Shown one piece after another: positions 18,113 through 37,079 of a stretch of DNA of 64,000 nt; position 1 is the first letter of the stretch; the number at the start of each line of letters is the position of its first letter. The notes below the pieces were generated by a model, which was given only the letters and a program-made list of their open reading frames with translations, was not told the DNA's origin and ran no database searches. This stretch comes from the human T2T-CHM13v2.0 reference genome, Homo sapiens. Location of the stretch: assembly GCF_009914755.1 (NCBI RefSeq), contig NC_060930.1. One strand, 5' to 3'. The position numbers and the translations under genes were made by a program.

Positions 18113-18499
18113 ACTACTTGTTTTTTCCCATTAATTGCCACTTCACCCTACACTGTCTTGTGGCATCTTTTATTCTGTTGTCTTCCACTGTTATTGGACT
18201 TCTGTAGCATTATTTAACTTTTAGTGTACATATTTTTTCTTTCCCCAACCTTGATTTTTAAACTCCTTTAAGAAGAGCACTTCTACCTTATTCGTTCTCT
18301 TCTATAGCAAGCCTAACAAATTACCCTGAAAATAATAAATCTTCAATAAATATTTGGACAGAAATCATAAAAAGCTCATTGTCTTTATGTAAATATTGTC
18401 AGCATATCTGGTATCATAATTTAATAAGTTGCCTTGAATTTTGTTTCGTTATTGCTTATTGTGTACATCAGAGTCTTTAGTTTTAAAATCATTTTTGAA

Positions 18500-18829
<330 letters not shown>

Positions 18830-21299
18830 TTATCAGAGAAATATTTTTTAAAATTCTAAGGAAACTCTAAAACATATGGTAATTAATATGTTTAAATAAA
18901 GTAAATTCAAAATTTTAGGCACTCCACTTTTTATCCAAATATCCCTGCGTACGTTAACAAAAACAGCAATCGCATAATTGATCAAAATGGGCAACTCTCT
19001 CAATATACCAAAGACTAAGTAGAAAGAAAACCAAACACCTCACCTATCACCAGTACTTTTGACCCAAAAGAAAAGATTTCAAATTATACATATAAACTTA
19101 CTTATGTATAAGCCCGAATGTAAAACAAAAACAACTTCCCCTATTACTAGTAAATAACAAGAAAAAAAAAACTTTTGAGCCTTACTTGGAAGGATGCCAA
19201 AGATATACACTTGAGAATATTTTAAGGTAATTAGCATTTTTGTCTCTGTGTCAGTTAAAATAGGCTTTTGCCTGCTACTAATTTTCTTTGGGTTACTGAG
19301 ACCATTGTATGAATGAAGGGCTGTTAAAGGCCATTTATATTGTGCAAACAGAGGCACAAATTAGAGAGGGCATGTTAATAAGGAAAGGGGGCTTATGAGT
19401 GCTCAATTATGAGCCCAGACCTGTTCCTATTTTAGAGGGATAGAAAACACATCAATCTTCCTTTTAGAATATTTTCAATTAAAATGAACAGCTCACGGCA
19501 CACTAAGAGCCAGCAAAGTCTGCGGCCTTGTAGATTTTGAATCATTCTTACATATCATCTTAGTTTCCAAACTGATATACATATAATGGGCTGAAATATC
19601 ATTTGAGATCCCAGAAGGCCAAGGTCCCTGAGCTGCATAAGAAATTCGAAAGGAAAAGAAATATAAAACTGGACCATCTGTTTCCCTTTTCAACATGCAA
19701 CCTTTGGAGTAGAAAATTTGGAAGAGGATGCTATTTAAAACCTGAATAGAGATGAAATACAGTACACACACTCACAACATATCATTAACTTCCTCTCTCC
19801 TAAGCATAATCAATAGCGTCTGCAAGCCTAGTTCTGCATGTTAAAAACAAAGCACAATGTTAGCCGCACAGAGCAGCTCATGCTTCTCCCCACACAGAGA
19901 CAATAGTGAGTCGTAATAGACTCACCAGGCAGACTCACTCTCCAGCCCTAGGCAGTGCCTCCTGCCTAATTGGCGTAAGCAAAGGGAGGCAACCACTCTG
20001 CACAGGCAAGTGTTTTGGGAATCTAATTCTAGTTTGCATGTGCAACTATATGTATGAGCCTGGTTTTGCCCCTGTGTTAGCCACTACTTCCAGTGGCCTG
20101 CTATCATGTTCCTGATATGTATTTATGAAAACATCGCAAGATATTGTCCCCAAAGCTACCTTTTCCCCTCTAAGAAATACCTATTTTGGATTTATAGCTA
20201 AGCGGGTAGCCAGTGTTCATATAATGTTCATAGAGTGGAAATACACAAAATAAAACAGTAACGGGTGGCAAGAATGAAGGTCTTTAGTCTCAGAGTAGAA
20301 AAACCACTATGCCTCAATACTATTCAGTAAGCCCAATGCTGAACTTCTGCAAACCATAATTGTATTGGATTTTTGGCCTTTCTTTTTCAGGTGGCACCAG
20401 TCCTCCCTCTTGAAACCTTTGTAACTATTAAGGTTGAAGTGCCATTTAAAGAAAAAGGAAGGCAAAGAAATGAGCTCTAGGAAGCCATGGTGAGTCATTT
20501 GTCAATGTATCCTTTCTTGAGCTGATTGGGGAAGCAGGCTTCAGGGTGATGGGATCATAGACTTTATTTTGAATTTGTCCATTATAACCTTAAAGCTTTC
20601 TTCAAGGGAAATACGTAGGGTTCATGTCTGATATATAACGTCTGTTGCTATGGAAAGGTTTATACTTAATCATATGACAATGTTCTCTTAGGGGTGGGGA
20701 AACTGGGTTATCAGTTCATCTTGTTTCAAAAATCCATATGTTTTACAGGATAAAACAAGACAAAAAACATGTACAGCACATGTTTCTGACATTAGAGGAA
20801 AATTTGAAAGGCCCTTTTTACATTGTGTGTATCGAGATGCCATTCTGCATTCAAAAATGCATAGTAGCCTCTTACTGCAAAAGTTAATGATAGAGATGTC
20901 AGTTAGTCACAGCATATTATCTAAGCTCTTCTGATATTTCCATCTCTAAACTCATGTCCATGTTGCCTTTCTCATTTCCACCCAAATGTCTGTTGTTGGC
21001 TCCACAAGAGAGCGGTCCTTTTGGCATATTATCTAGTGCTCTGTTCTTGGTGAACAATTTCACCACATTGTGATTGTACTATGAACGCTTGCTGTTCATG
21101 AGCCCAGCACTGTTTAAAATAGAAAGGTGGAGGCTGCCCTAATATTATAGTCTTGGCTTTTCTAGAAAAATGCAACAATTGTTCAAGCACAATCTAAACA
21201 TTTTCAACGTTCAGATTTTTCTTTCTATTAAACATTGAACAGTATTGTTTGTTTTTTCACAGTAATACGTTGTATGGTGCTAACTACTGCGCTTGTATG

Positions 21300-21527
21300 G
21301 AAGGAGGCAGGAGCGTGGACTGTAGAGTCAGACAGCCCAGCTCTGCCGTGCATAATCTTGGGCAGGCTTCTTAACCTTTCTCTGCCTGTTCCCACATCTG
21401 TAACATTGGGATAATAATAGGACCTATTTCATAGAGTTGGGGTGGGAATTAAACAAGATAGTTCTGGTAAAGCACTTAGAATAGTGAATGACACATAGTA
21501 GGTAGGCAGTTAAGTGTTGGTTTATTA
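21300..21527 (+). mobile_element. MIR
   Basis: gagtcagacagcccagctctgcc...cttaacctttctctgcct...catctgtaacattgggataataatag...aagcacttagaatagtg. Confidence 0.8.
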
Positions 21528-21577
21528 CATTGTTGAATATCTTCATCATCCTACAATTTTTACTCTTGCCTTTCTTC

Positions 21578-21580
<3 letters not shown>

Positions 21581-21612
<32 letters not shown>

Positions 21613-21890
21613 GACGGAGTCTCACTCTCTCGCCCAGGATGAAGTGCAGCGGTGAGATCTCGGTTCACTGCAGCCTCCGCCTCCCAGGTTCAAGCAATTC
21701 TCCTGTCTTAGCTCCCGAGTATCTGGGATGACAGGCACCCGCCACCATGCCTGGCTAATTTTTGTATTTTTAGTAGAGACAGAGTTCACCATGTTGGCCA
21801 GGCTGGTCTCGAACTCCTGACCTCAGGTGATCCACCCATTTCGGCCTCCCAAAATGCTAGGATTACAGGCGTGAGCCACTGCGCCCAGCC
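21581..21890 (-). mobile_element. Alu (AluS) whose tail is a (GT)15 microsatellite (21581-21610)
   Basis: TSD tgcctttcttctt. Confidence 0.95.
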
Positions 21891-22220
21891 TGCCTTTCTT
21901 CTTGAATATGCAACTACTTCATTTAACTCAGAGAAATTTAAAGTAGTAGACTCTGGGATAGTGTTGAAGTATGTTTGAAAAATATGTGGAAATGAGAACT
22001 TTTCAGTGCCCCACAAACAATACTAAGAATCTAATTGATGACCTTCCTACATCTGTGAGGACAACTTTGCCCTCAATCTGTAGTGACTGTGATTCCCTTT
22101 CTGCCCACTGTCTCACCAAAAGCTTCGTTTTGGTTCTAGATGATATAAACATGAAAACAGTTTGTCCAGGTGTATACGTTTTATATATGTTTTAAAAATC
22201 TCTTTACATCAACTGCTTTC

Positions 22221-22618
<398 letters not shown>

Positions 22619-23932
22619 TAACCACAATATATATAAGGCTTTACCAGTATCACAAGTTTAATAAATGTAGGTGTCTAGAGAAAGACAAAGAGCTCATCTT
22701 GTATACATCCAAACCGATGACCAAGGTTTCAGCCCAGACCTGGAATTCATTGTCAGTGTTTGGCATTTACCACAACCAGTGGAATCAATATTAGTAGGAA
22801 CCTTTTCTTTATGCAGGACATAATTTGGTACTGTCAAGTCAATCTGGCTACAATTGAATGGAAGTTTTTGTTCTTTAAATGCTGTTTCAAAAACATTTTA
22901 TTTATATACGATCTCTAGTGAGGTCAAATTCCCCTGTAAATATTATCTAATTTGTTCTCATAACATCTCTAAGTGATAGGATGCATTTGTCTTTATTATT
23001 AGCATCTGGTGTTAGGAGATTCACATTTACTTTGTTGGAAATCACCAGGAATAAATCTCATGTAGACACTAATGGAAAATATAATAGGAGATAAATACAG
23101 GTATGTCTGCAAATGAAGATATTTTCCCACCTTTGAAATCTGTTGACTAAAAAGATAAAAAGTGGAACAACTTATGATGATTGAATAGTAATAAAAAGCT
23201 GCATTTAATCTAAATCTCTCTTTCCTATGATTACAGCGTGCTAAATATTACTCAATACTAGGAAGTCTGCTGATGAGCTATGTAAATGTTTTCCAATAAA
23301 ATTAAATAGATTAGATTTGGAAAGAGAATGCTAATGTTTTGAAGGCTTTTAGGGAGTCTTCTTTTAAAACTTTTCTGAAAAATATAATTTAAGACCATGT
23401 GTCATAGTTTCAATAGTCCCTAGCAGAGTGAATGCCATTGTTCCCGTGTGGGCAGAACAGGCAGAGGCAACCATGATGTTCGAGAAGTTCTTGTCATCTG
23501 TGATCCTTTATTGTTAATTCTCTTCATGTATTTTGCCCGCTGCTTTGTTTTGGTTGTCAAAGTTTGTTACTGAGACAAGACTAAGATCATCCTATTCTGA
23601 CAGTCGCGGATTGACTTGGCATGATGCACCATGAGGTGAGTTTAATTGCTGTTAATATTAGAAGGATGAATAATCCTATTAAAAAATGAACAGTTATAAA
23701 AAAATAAATAAGTGGAGGCAAGTCTAGATTACATGAAAGAAAGACAGCTTGATGAGGGGAAACCCATTAACCTGAAAGGAGACAGTTCTTTGCTTCTAAT
23801 TTAGCAGTTGTGAGCAAGACTGCATTCATACCAAATCAAAATGGAAACAATTTTTCTGTATCATTTATAGACTTAAATATTAAGTGTTCTTATACAAGGA
23901 AAAAAAGATCCTACTGTGATTCCTAATTTCTC

Positions 23933-24048
23933 ATAGAATACCAGGATGCCGTGTTAGATGAGTTGACATTGTTTATAAAATACCAGGATGCCATGTTAGA
24001 TGAGTTGACGTTGTTTATAGAATACCAGGATGCCATGTTAGATGAGTT
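23933..24048. repeat. Minisatellite, ~2.8 copies of a 42-bp unit
   Basis: Units start at 23933, 23975 and 24017: atagaataccaggatgccatgttagatgagttgacattgttt. Confidence 0.95.
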
Positions 24049-24131
24049 TTTTCCCCAATCTTGTTCTTAGATATTATTACTGAGTCAAAAGAGGTGACTC
24101 TGCGTTAGGTCAAGAGCACAATACTCAACAT

Positions 24132-24634
<503 letters not shown>

Positions 24635-24646
24635 TAAAAAGAACTC

Positions 24647-24985
<339 letters not shown>

Positions 24986-26928
24986 TCAAAGTCTGGGATG
25001 AGTGAAGACTCACGACCATAGGAGGCATGCCTGGAAGGGCAGACTCTCCAATCTCACAGCCAAATGCCACCTCTGTGCGCTGTGTGACACCTCCTGAGAC
25101 ACTGATGAGTTTCTTTTATCAAAGTCAAATTTGCCCATGCTAGGCTCATTATTTTAGGAAATTGAATGGCATCAATATAACAAAGTATGAACCACTTGTT
25201 CTGGAATGGAAATGGAGAGAACAAGGAAATTTAAAGTTTCAAGGACTCCTTTAAGGACAACTAGAAACACCAGGAAGACTGAAGCCAAAATGGAGCAGTC
25301 TGGAAAGGCAGGAAGTCTCCTGGTTTCCATCAGAGCTTTATTAGTGGTCTCCTTCAATCCCTTCTTTCCTTCCTTATGGTCACAGTTATTAGATGGCTAC
25401 AGGAAACATGGGAATATTCTGTCTATATGATAGACAGCACCACTGAAATTCACGATGCCTTAGTAAAAGGAAGCAGTATGCTTCTCCTTCCTCCTCCCAC
25501 AGACTAAGTTGTTAAGAGAACACAGCAAGGAACACACAGCATGCACATCTCAGCCATTCAGCCTGTGTCCAGGACATGCTATTTATTGGTGGTTACATAC
25601 TGGTAAGATCACCCGACACCCCCCAGCGTGAAGTCTGGTGTTGTGGGCTCTTGAATGCATTAATCTTAATCAAACTTCAGATAGCTGAATAAGAGGGAGA
25701 ACATTGAATTACTTTGAATAATTAAGAATGTATTTGAGTCAGGAGAGCTTTAAATGGGAAAAAAATAGGTTTCAGAAACTTGACTGCATGTTAAATACTG
25801 TGCATTTGAGTTATCATGACTATCATTGATTACTTCTCTGGTTAAGTGGGTAGGAACAGCATAAACATGAAGCATAGACTTGCTTGAATAGATGATAGGA
25901 AAGCAAATGACAGGTGTATGGACAGCAGGTGCATTAAAGGTCCATGAAGGTATCAGTGACTTCGCAGTTATAATACAGCCACAAAGATGAAGACTTTTTT
26001 CTTGCTTTTCAACTTACAATTATATATGTATGTGTATGTATATACGCATACATATATAACTTATAATTATATGTGTGTATTATATATGCATGTAAATACA
26101 TATATATAAAATACATCTATTGTTTCTGAAACCATGAACCACTACATACATCACACTGATGTCCTTAAATCTGGAAAAAAAATCTCTGATGATCGTTTCA
26201 TGACATTATTGAAGGTTATTTATTCTAAAATTAATTTATTCTTCTACCCACAACATAACCTTTTTTTAAAAAAAGGCTGTGACAAATTTATTAGCTACTA
26301 ACTCATATAATTTCTTTGGCCTTGCTCTACAAAGACAAATTTACTTCTAGCATGTTAGAAAAATACCTACTACTTCTAGTGCACACAATTAGAAAGCAAA
26401 CACAGTAGATACACATGACATGGAAAGCCTCCCTTCCTTCTACCAGGTCATGAAAGTGATGGATACAACAAAACAACAAACTCAGACATTGTCTGAAACT
26501 GATACCAGACTGGGCCACATATTGAGAGGTCTGAATTTATAATATTTGCTTGGAAACCTAATCCTAAATCCACTATCTTGGAATAGGACACTAAGCAAAT
26601 AAATTAACATAAAAATAGATCCAAAGACTTTGAAACCTTTGAATCTGATAGAAGCAAATGCAAAAGAACTCTGTGAGGTTACTTTCAAAACATAGAGGTC
26701 AGAAGCTGTATTAATTGGCTAGGGCTGCCATAACAAAATACCATAGACTGGATGGATTAAACAATACAATTTTATTTTATTTATTGTCTCATAATTTTAG
26801 AAGTTGGGGAGGCCAAGATCAAGGTATCAGCAGGTTAGATTTCGCCTGAGGACTCATTTCTTGACTTATAGAGGGCACCTCATTGTATCTTCACGTGGCC
26901 TTTTCCAGAGCAGACACATCTCTGGTGT

Positions 26929-27978
<1,050 letters not shown>

Positions 27979-28041
27979 TAACCTTAATTACCTCTTTAAA
28001 GGCTCTATCTCCAAATCTGATCACATTGAATGTTAGGGCTC

Positions 28042-28584
28042 TGTACTTTTGTGTTCTCCAAAGAAACAGAACCAACAGAATATATATGTATAAATAATGA
28101 GATTTATTTTCATATGTATATGTATATATGGAAAGTGATTTATTGTAAGGCATTGGCTCATGTGATTATGCTGACTGAGAAGTCCCATGATATGCCTTCT
28201 GTAAGCTGGAGCCCCAGGAAGGCCAATTGTGTTGTTTAAGGGCTTGAGAGCCACAGAACCAATGGTAAAGATTCCAGCTGAAGTCTAAAAGCCTGAGAAC
28301 AAGGAGTGTCAAGGGCAGGAGGTTGATATCCCAGCTTAAGCAATCAGGCAGAGAGAGAATTTAACCTTCCTTCATGGTTTTCCTACTGAGTTCCTTAGTG
28401 AACTGGATGATGTCCACCTTGGGGACTAAAGTAGATGGGAAGGCCATCTACTTTACTCAGTTCACCAATTCAAATGCTAATCTCTTTTGGAAACACCCTC
28501 AGGGACGTGCCAGAAATGATGTTTAACCAACTATCTGGGCATTCCATGGCCCAGTCAAGTTGACATATAAACTTAACCGTCACA
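28042..28584 (-). mobile_element. MLT2 (ERVL) solo LTR
   Basis: gttctccaaagaaacagaaccaac...ttggctcatgtgattatg...ccagtcaagttgacatataaacttaaccgtcaca; TSD ggctc/ggctt. Confidence 0.88.
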
Positions 28585-28639
28585 GGCTTCAACAGATAAA
28601 CAGGGTTGTGGAGAGGGACACAGTTCAGTCCATAACAGA

Positions 28640-29450
28640 AACCTTTCTCTAAAAAACAAATTAAAGCACTGAAGATGAATACAAAACAACCACCACAAAA
28701 AATGTTATAAAGTACACAAGGAATGAAACTACCATTAAAAAAAAGTCATTGGAGGCAAAAATAAAGAGAATTAGCACCAAAACAACTACAGATAACAGAA
28801 CAAAATAAAAAACACTCTGAAGTAGTATGCTTAAAATGAGTAAAGAGATTTTTAAAGAAAGTGAAAACATAATGAAACAATAGGACACTATGAAAATAAA
28901 GAGTAGGCAAATTTGAAAAGACATAGAATGTCTAGAAATGAAATTTATAGTCCTGGAAATGTTAATGGATATGTTAAATAGCACATTAGACACATCTAAA
29001 GAAAAAATAAGCAAACTGGAAGATATATATGAGGAATTTGCCCATAATGAAGTATGCAAAGAAAGAGAAGAGATTAAAAAGTGGCTCAGAAATAAGGAAG
29101 ATAAAATGAGAAGGTCCAACATATGTCTAATATGTCTCAAGGAAACACTGGAGAGAGCAGAAAATGGGATGATAATTTTCTGTAATGAAATACAAGAGTC
29201 TAAAACGTGAGGAAATACACTGATTCCCAGGCAGGAAAAATAGACAAGTGAAGTATATATCTAATTTGAGAAAAATTCAACAATTTCAATGTTTCCCACA
29301 AAAGAAATCTCAATAGACAACACAAAATTGATTACATATAGAACACATTCTCTGGTCATAATGCAGTAAAATTAGAAATTAATAACAAAATGATAGCTGC
29401 TTGGAAAATGAAAATGACCATGGTATCAATAAAAAGGGTCTGAAAAAAAC
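28640..29450 (+). mobile_element. Old L1M 5'/ORF1 relic
   Basis: ORF 28938-29210 reads LNSTLDTSKEKISKLED...EDKMRRSNICLI, resembling the L1 ORF1p coiled-coil/RRM start. Confidence 0.75.
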
Positions 29451-29617
29451 ACAAACTACATTAAAGCATGAATTGAATCTTTTTAACTATTTTTTCACCC
29501 ATATATATATATATATATAAATTATATATATTTCTTATATATATATATATATAAGAAAACAAATTTTTAAGGTACTGTATATGGCATATAGCTGTACCTG
29601 ATTATTTATAATTCTGG

Positions 29618-29892
29618 TTTTTTGTTTTTTGTTTTTTGAGATGGAGGCTCGCTCTGTTGGCCAGGCTGGAGTGAAGTGGTGCGATCTTGGCTTGCTGCAA
29701 CTTCCACCTCCAGGTTCAAATGATTCTCCTGCCTCAGCCTCCACACCATGCCCAGCTAATTTTTGTATATTTGGTAGAGACAGCATTTCACCCTGTTGGT
29801 CAGGCTGGTCTCAAACTCCTGACTTCAGGTGATCCACCTGCCTCAGCCTCCCAAAGTGCTAGGATTACAGGCGTGAGCCACTATGCCCAGCC
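29618..29892 (-). mobile_element. Alu (AluS) with ~25-nt internal deletion
   Basis: TSD tataattctggtttt. Confidence 0.95.
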
Positions 29893-30438
29893 TATAATTC
29901 TGGTTTTATAAGCAAATAATTTTCCTTTGCTTCATGGCTATTCCTCAGAGTACTTTGTTAACTTCTGTCTGATTTTGATACTAGAGGACTACATTTTGTT
30001 GGTACTTTACAAAGTGCTTTTGCATACATTCCTGTCATCCTCTAATTTCCCCCTCTTGGTGATGTAAATGAGAGATGCATTTATGACATCCTTAACTTAA
30101 CTAGAATGCAAATCACTTAGCAATATGCAAATGAATGAATACTGCTAGAGTCAGAAATTTCTTGTAAGTGATTTTTACTTCCTGTTACAGCATATAGAGA
30201 CTTCATTCAAGTATGCCCAGTGAGTACAGACTTACAGTGGAAAATTACTGACATTAAGGATTGAAGAGCTTGAAGACAGTATTCTCCCACTAGTATTAAG
30301 TATTAGATACACAATATAATAGATTTGTTAATTGATTTAAGAAAAGAACAGTCTGAATAATCCTAAGATATTTAATAATAAAATGTAACAGAAACATTGT
30401 ATATAGAAAAACATTGTTTCCTTTAAAAATGTGACAGT

Positions 30439-31005
<567 letters not shown>

Positions 31006-31049
31006 AATTTTGATGTTAAGACCTTCTACTAAGGATTATGTTCATGTCA

Positions 31050-31420
<371 letters not shown>

Positions 31421-32694
31421 TCATTTCTGAACGTGTCTGTAGTGAACTTTGGTTGATACTCCAGACAAGCAGGCAGCTGTGTCAGGAAACGTTGCATAGG
31501 CCTGCTAGGATTCACAAGCCCAGGCGTAACCAAATGGCAAAGCATTGAACAAATAATTCTGACAGTTTTTAGTGCTGATTTTTTGTTATGTTACTGACGT
31601 GTCTGCTGTCCTTTTTATCTATGTTGAGCTGAATATTTCTGCCTGGAGACAACCTTGACATAAACTCTTTCTATTCACTGGCTTCCCCAAGAAATCCAAT
31701 CAGTTCAATATCCTTAAAGATTTACTGAAGGCTGATGATGGCATCACAAGGGGTTACATCTCACACTGTGCAAACTTTCACCTCCAGGCCTGTTGAACAT
31801 TTCTTACTTTATCCTTTCTCCCAGGTCCCCAGGCATCAGGAGTCACCTTTTCTGGGACACTCACCAGCACAGCCTCACTGCACTCTTATTCCTCCAGGAC
31901 TTTCTCCAAGGGGAACTTGTCACCTGCCCTTCGGCCCTGCACTATTAGGAGAGTAATTCAGTCATCCAGCCTAATTTTCTTATTTTATCACGGCATCCTG
32001 TAAACTGAAGGCTCTCCAGCTACAAGAATGTATCCTCAGAGAGCAATGAGGGCTACAACCAACAATCATTCTGTTACATAAACAAAAAATTCTTTATTAA
32101 ACTACCAGTACTGACATTTCCCCCCAAACCATCTTTGCCTTATAAATAAATCAAAATGTAAAATGGAGTAACTTTTAAAGAAATACAATAATCTAATAAC
32201 AGATTGGTTACATTCCCAATCTGTTAGTATATCTTGACTAAAACTTGGATTTATTTTGGGGTAAATAAAAACTTCAGCATTAAATCCCTTCAGATTTGGG
32301 GCTTCTGAGTAGTTTCCAAGCTTGGTGAATATCTAAGGATTTTAGAACATCCTGATATGTCTTTACTCAGATTCCAAATGCTTTTTAATTTAGCTGTTAT
32401 CTAAGTTAATCTCAAGAGGTGGCCAATAGATATTTGTTTAATAAATGAAAAGATCTGTATATGTTATCACCTCCAGATAATCCTTATATCAAAAGTTTGC
32501 CTAACTTCTGATATGTTTACTTTTTTAAATTTAGTCAAAACCAAAATACATTGATCTCCCTTGACCAAAAAAAGAAGAAAAAATAAATATTAATAAAATA
32601 ACATCATACATTATAATAAATCTACTTTGCAATGTTAAAATAATGTATTAAGTAGCCTTACTTCACTTGTATTTAAATATAAACTGAATATGCA

Positions 32695-33026
<332 letters not shown>

Positions 33027-34099
33027 TTACTTTCTCTGTAATATATTTAATTATATTTGATTTTAATTTAGTTACTTTATTACTATGACTGCAATTGTCT
33101 AGCCTGTTTGGTTTGAGGAATTATTTATTTCTTAAATTAGTCCACTAATTACCTAATTAATGGTTTTAAAAAAAATAAGCCATTGAGCATCTAAAACAAT
33201 TTGGAACCTGAAACAGTGGTTTGTAAACATAGTTAAATAGTTACTTCCATATAAAATCCTAGACTCATAAGTTCATAGAATTTTAGGGGTTAAATCATAG
33301 AATGATGTGATTCTCAGAGATTTAGAAAAATTAAAGAACTTCATTTCACATAAACCAGCATTTAGTATTTAGGCTATTTCATCCAGCATTATTGTCACTA
33401 ATTTTCCTACTCAAACTGTTTCAGAGATAAGACTTTTGTGAGCATTAGTTAAGTCAAGGTGAAGACATAGCTGCTGATAAACTGTGTGTACAGTGATCTG
33501 AGTCTTTGGCAATGACCTTCCTATAGAATTGTGTATGGAATCTAATGGTGATTAACTTTTAAGTCAAACTTTGGTGCCCTCAAAAAATACAACATTTCAG
33601 AAGATATGTGAGATAATTTGGAAAAGAGGATGTGAGTAAAGAGGGAATTTGGAATATGTCCTCTAAAGAGGACATTGCCATAGAAATGATAAAGAAAAAA
33701 ATTGGCAAAGTAATTAAGAACAAAGTTCTGAGCAAAGCTTGAAATCTCCATGAATGTTCTATGTCTTATATTCTTAATTTATTTTATTCTAAAGGTTTCA
33801 TGAGACATGAAGATGGTCATCGTTATTCTTTGACTTTTCATTGTTCTTTCCGAATTTTTTTCTTCTTTCTGAATATAAATCTATCTTGGAGGTAATGACT
33901 ATGTATTAAAGTTACATCAAACAACTATTTTAAGATTACATCAAATAGAAGAATGCATTTTCTTTGGAAAAATTGATTAAATCCAGTTTCTGTAATGAAA
34001 GATTTAAATAGGAATGATTTTAAATCAAATTTCTCCTGGATAAGGAGTCTACTGATAAAACTAGGACTATTCTTTTAAATGGATTATTTATTATACATT

Positions 34100-35125
<1,026 letters not shown>

Positions 35126-37079
35126 TTTCTTTTCTTTTTTTCTGGTTTTGTGGTTGTTGTTGTTCTGTTGGGTTTCTTTGTTTGCTTGTTTGTTGCCATA
35201 AGCATGTATAATTTTTTATATAATTTATAGCTTATGGTGAAAGTCATTTTTACCTAGATTCAATATTTGGTTTCAATGTCTCTCAGTCTTCTGGGAACCA
35301 CAATATATGCGCTTTTAGGAACTAGAGTAGGAATATTATCAGTCCCTTTTTTTTTTTTCATTTCTCCCCCGTGGCATTCCTGGTGGAGAGGCTCTTGTTT
35401 AACACTTGACTAAAGAGAGAAAGATGCCTCTGAGGTCAGAGAGGATGCTCAGAAAATTAGCATCACTGGGTCTGAGGGCCAAAGTGGGCTTTAAAAACAA
35501 AAGTTAAATGTGCTTTTATTAAAAGAAAAAAAAAAACCCTACACTTACATGCAGCACTTTTTTATTTCCTCTCATACAGTCTCACTTAACAGCCATTAAT
35601 TACAAGTAAGGGAAGGCAGAGAGGAATTAATGGCACAAAAAGAAACGAACATTTTTAAGCTCTCTTTTGTGGGGTAGACCTATTTCCAAATAACTCTTCC
35701 AATTCTAAAAAGCAGCAACAACAAGAACCCAAAGTATTTTGCTTCACATCATGTAGATGTCAGTTATATGGTGAGAAAAAAATAAAATATTCATGCTACA
35801 GGAGAGTGGCTTTTGCAGACTGAAAAGCAACTGTGATGCACTTAGAAATGCTTATTTCAATGAGATTTTCTGCTATCAGTCTCAGTACATTGAAAGAAAT
35901 AAAACAGCAGAGAAATAGGTTGTCCCAATAGCTGTTTTATTTATTCCTCTTATTTTCCTATTTGATCAAATTTTCTTGCAAACTCCTTTGTAGATTAAAG
36001 TTTATTTTAGTAGGCAATACCTTGGTTAAAGCTGCTTTGCAATAAGGAGGAGGATGGATTAAACTGCCCTCTTCCTAATTGCTTTGTGAAGCCTTCCTCT
36101 CTCCCTAATCTCACTGTAGTTTCTTAAGAAATGAGGCACTTACATATCCCAAGGGCTTAAACGGAGATTTCTGCTGCAGCGGGTAAAGTAGGGAGTTTGC
36201 TGCATTAATCATTGAGTAACATCAATCACGCATCCACTTGGGCAGTTAAATTTCTGTTGAACAAAGTACAGAAGTACCTGGGGTATGTCTCCCCCTCTTT
36301 ATAAGTGGTGTCATTAGACATCTGTTGTGAAGACTGTAAAAATAGATTTCAGATGCAAACAATGTCATTTTAATGCTAACACAGTGCTAGGCACATAGTG
36401 AGTAATATTCTATGAAAAGTATTGAGTAAATAAATTAAATTCCATATTAAAGTATTGCACCAATTCCCTAACCAGACTATTAACTACCTCCTTACTCCAA
36501 ATTTGTCCATTGCAGCAGGAATATCTTTTTTAAGCATCATTTCTATTTCAGACTCATTTTTAGAAGACACAATAGGTCTAAATTTTTGCTCACATAAAAC
36601 CTATATTGATGTTTCATCTTGAAAGGTTTTCTAGCAATTGGTTTCCTTCTCCCTCATTCCTCTTTTAAAAGATAATTGTATATTCACATGATCTTTGCTA
36701 GCCTAGAGCACATGCGAATTTGCTTCGTGATTTGCTTTCTCTAATCCAAATGCCATTTCTGCCATCTGCAATGCCTTTCACCATCTCCTTTACCACTCCA
36801 GATCAATCCCATTCTGCTCTTATTGTCACTTGTCCTCTCAGCCAACTTTGCAGAATTCAAGTACAGAACAGTGTATTTATAGTAATAAAGTATGGGGAGT
36901 TTTATTTCTGTTTTACTTGACTTTATGTCAACCCCCTAGAGCTTCATTATCTTTTGTGGAATGTAAGCATAGTGAAGGCAAAGGCCGCTTTTATGACTTT
37001 CTCATTCTCAACAAAATGATTGACATGTACAAGAGACTTCATGACTTAATTTCAAGGGTCTGCTAACATCTCAGCAAAA

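Noticed and set aside
23933-24048. Repeat array as CRISPR-like
   Set aside because: Head-to-tail copies with no unique spacers, in primate DNA with no cas genes
28938-29210. 90-aa ORF as a domesticated gene
   Set aside because: Short, decayed L1 ORF1p relic with no sign of splicing or intact continuation
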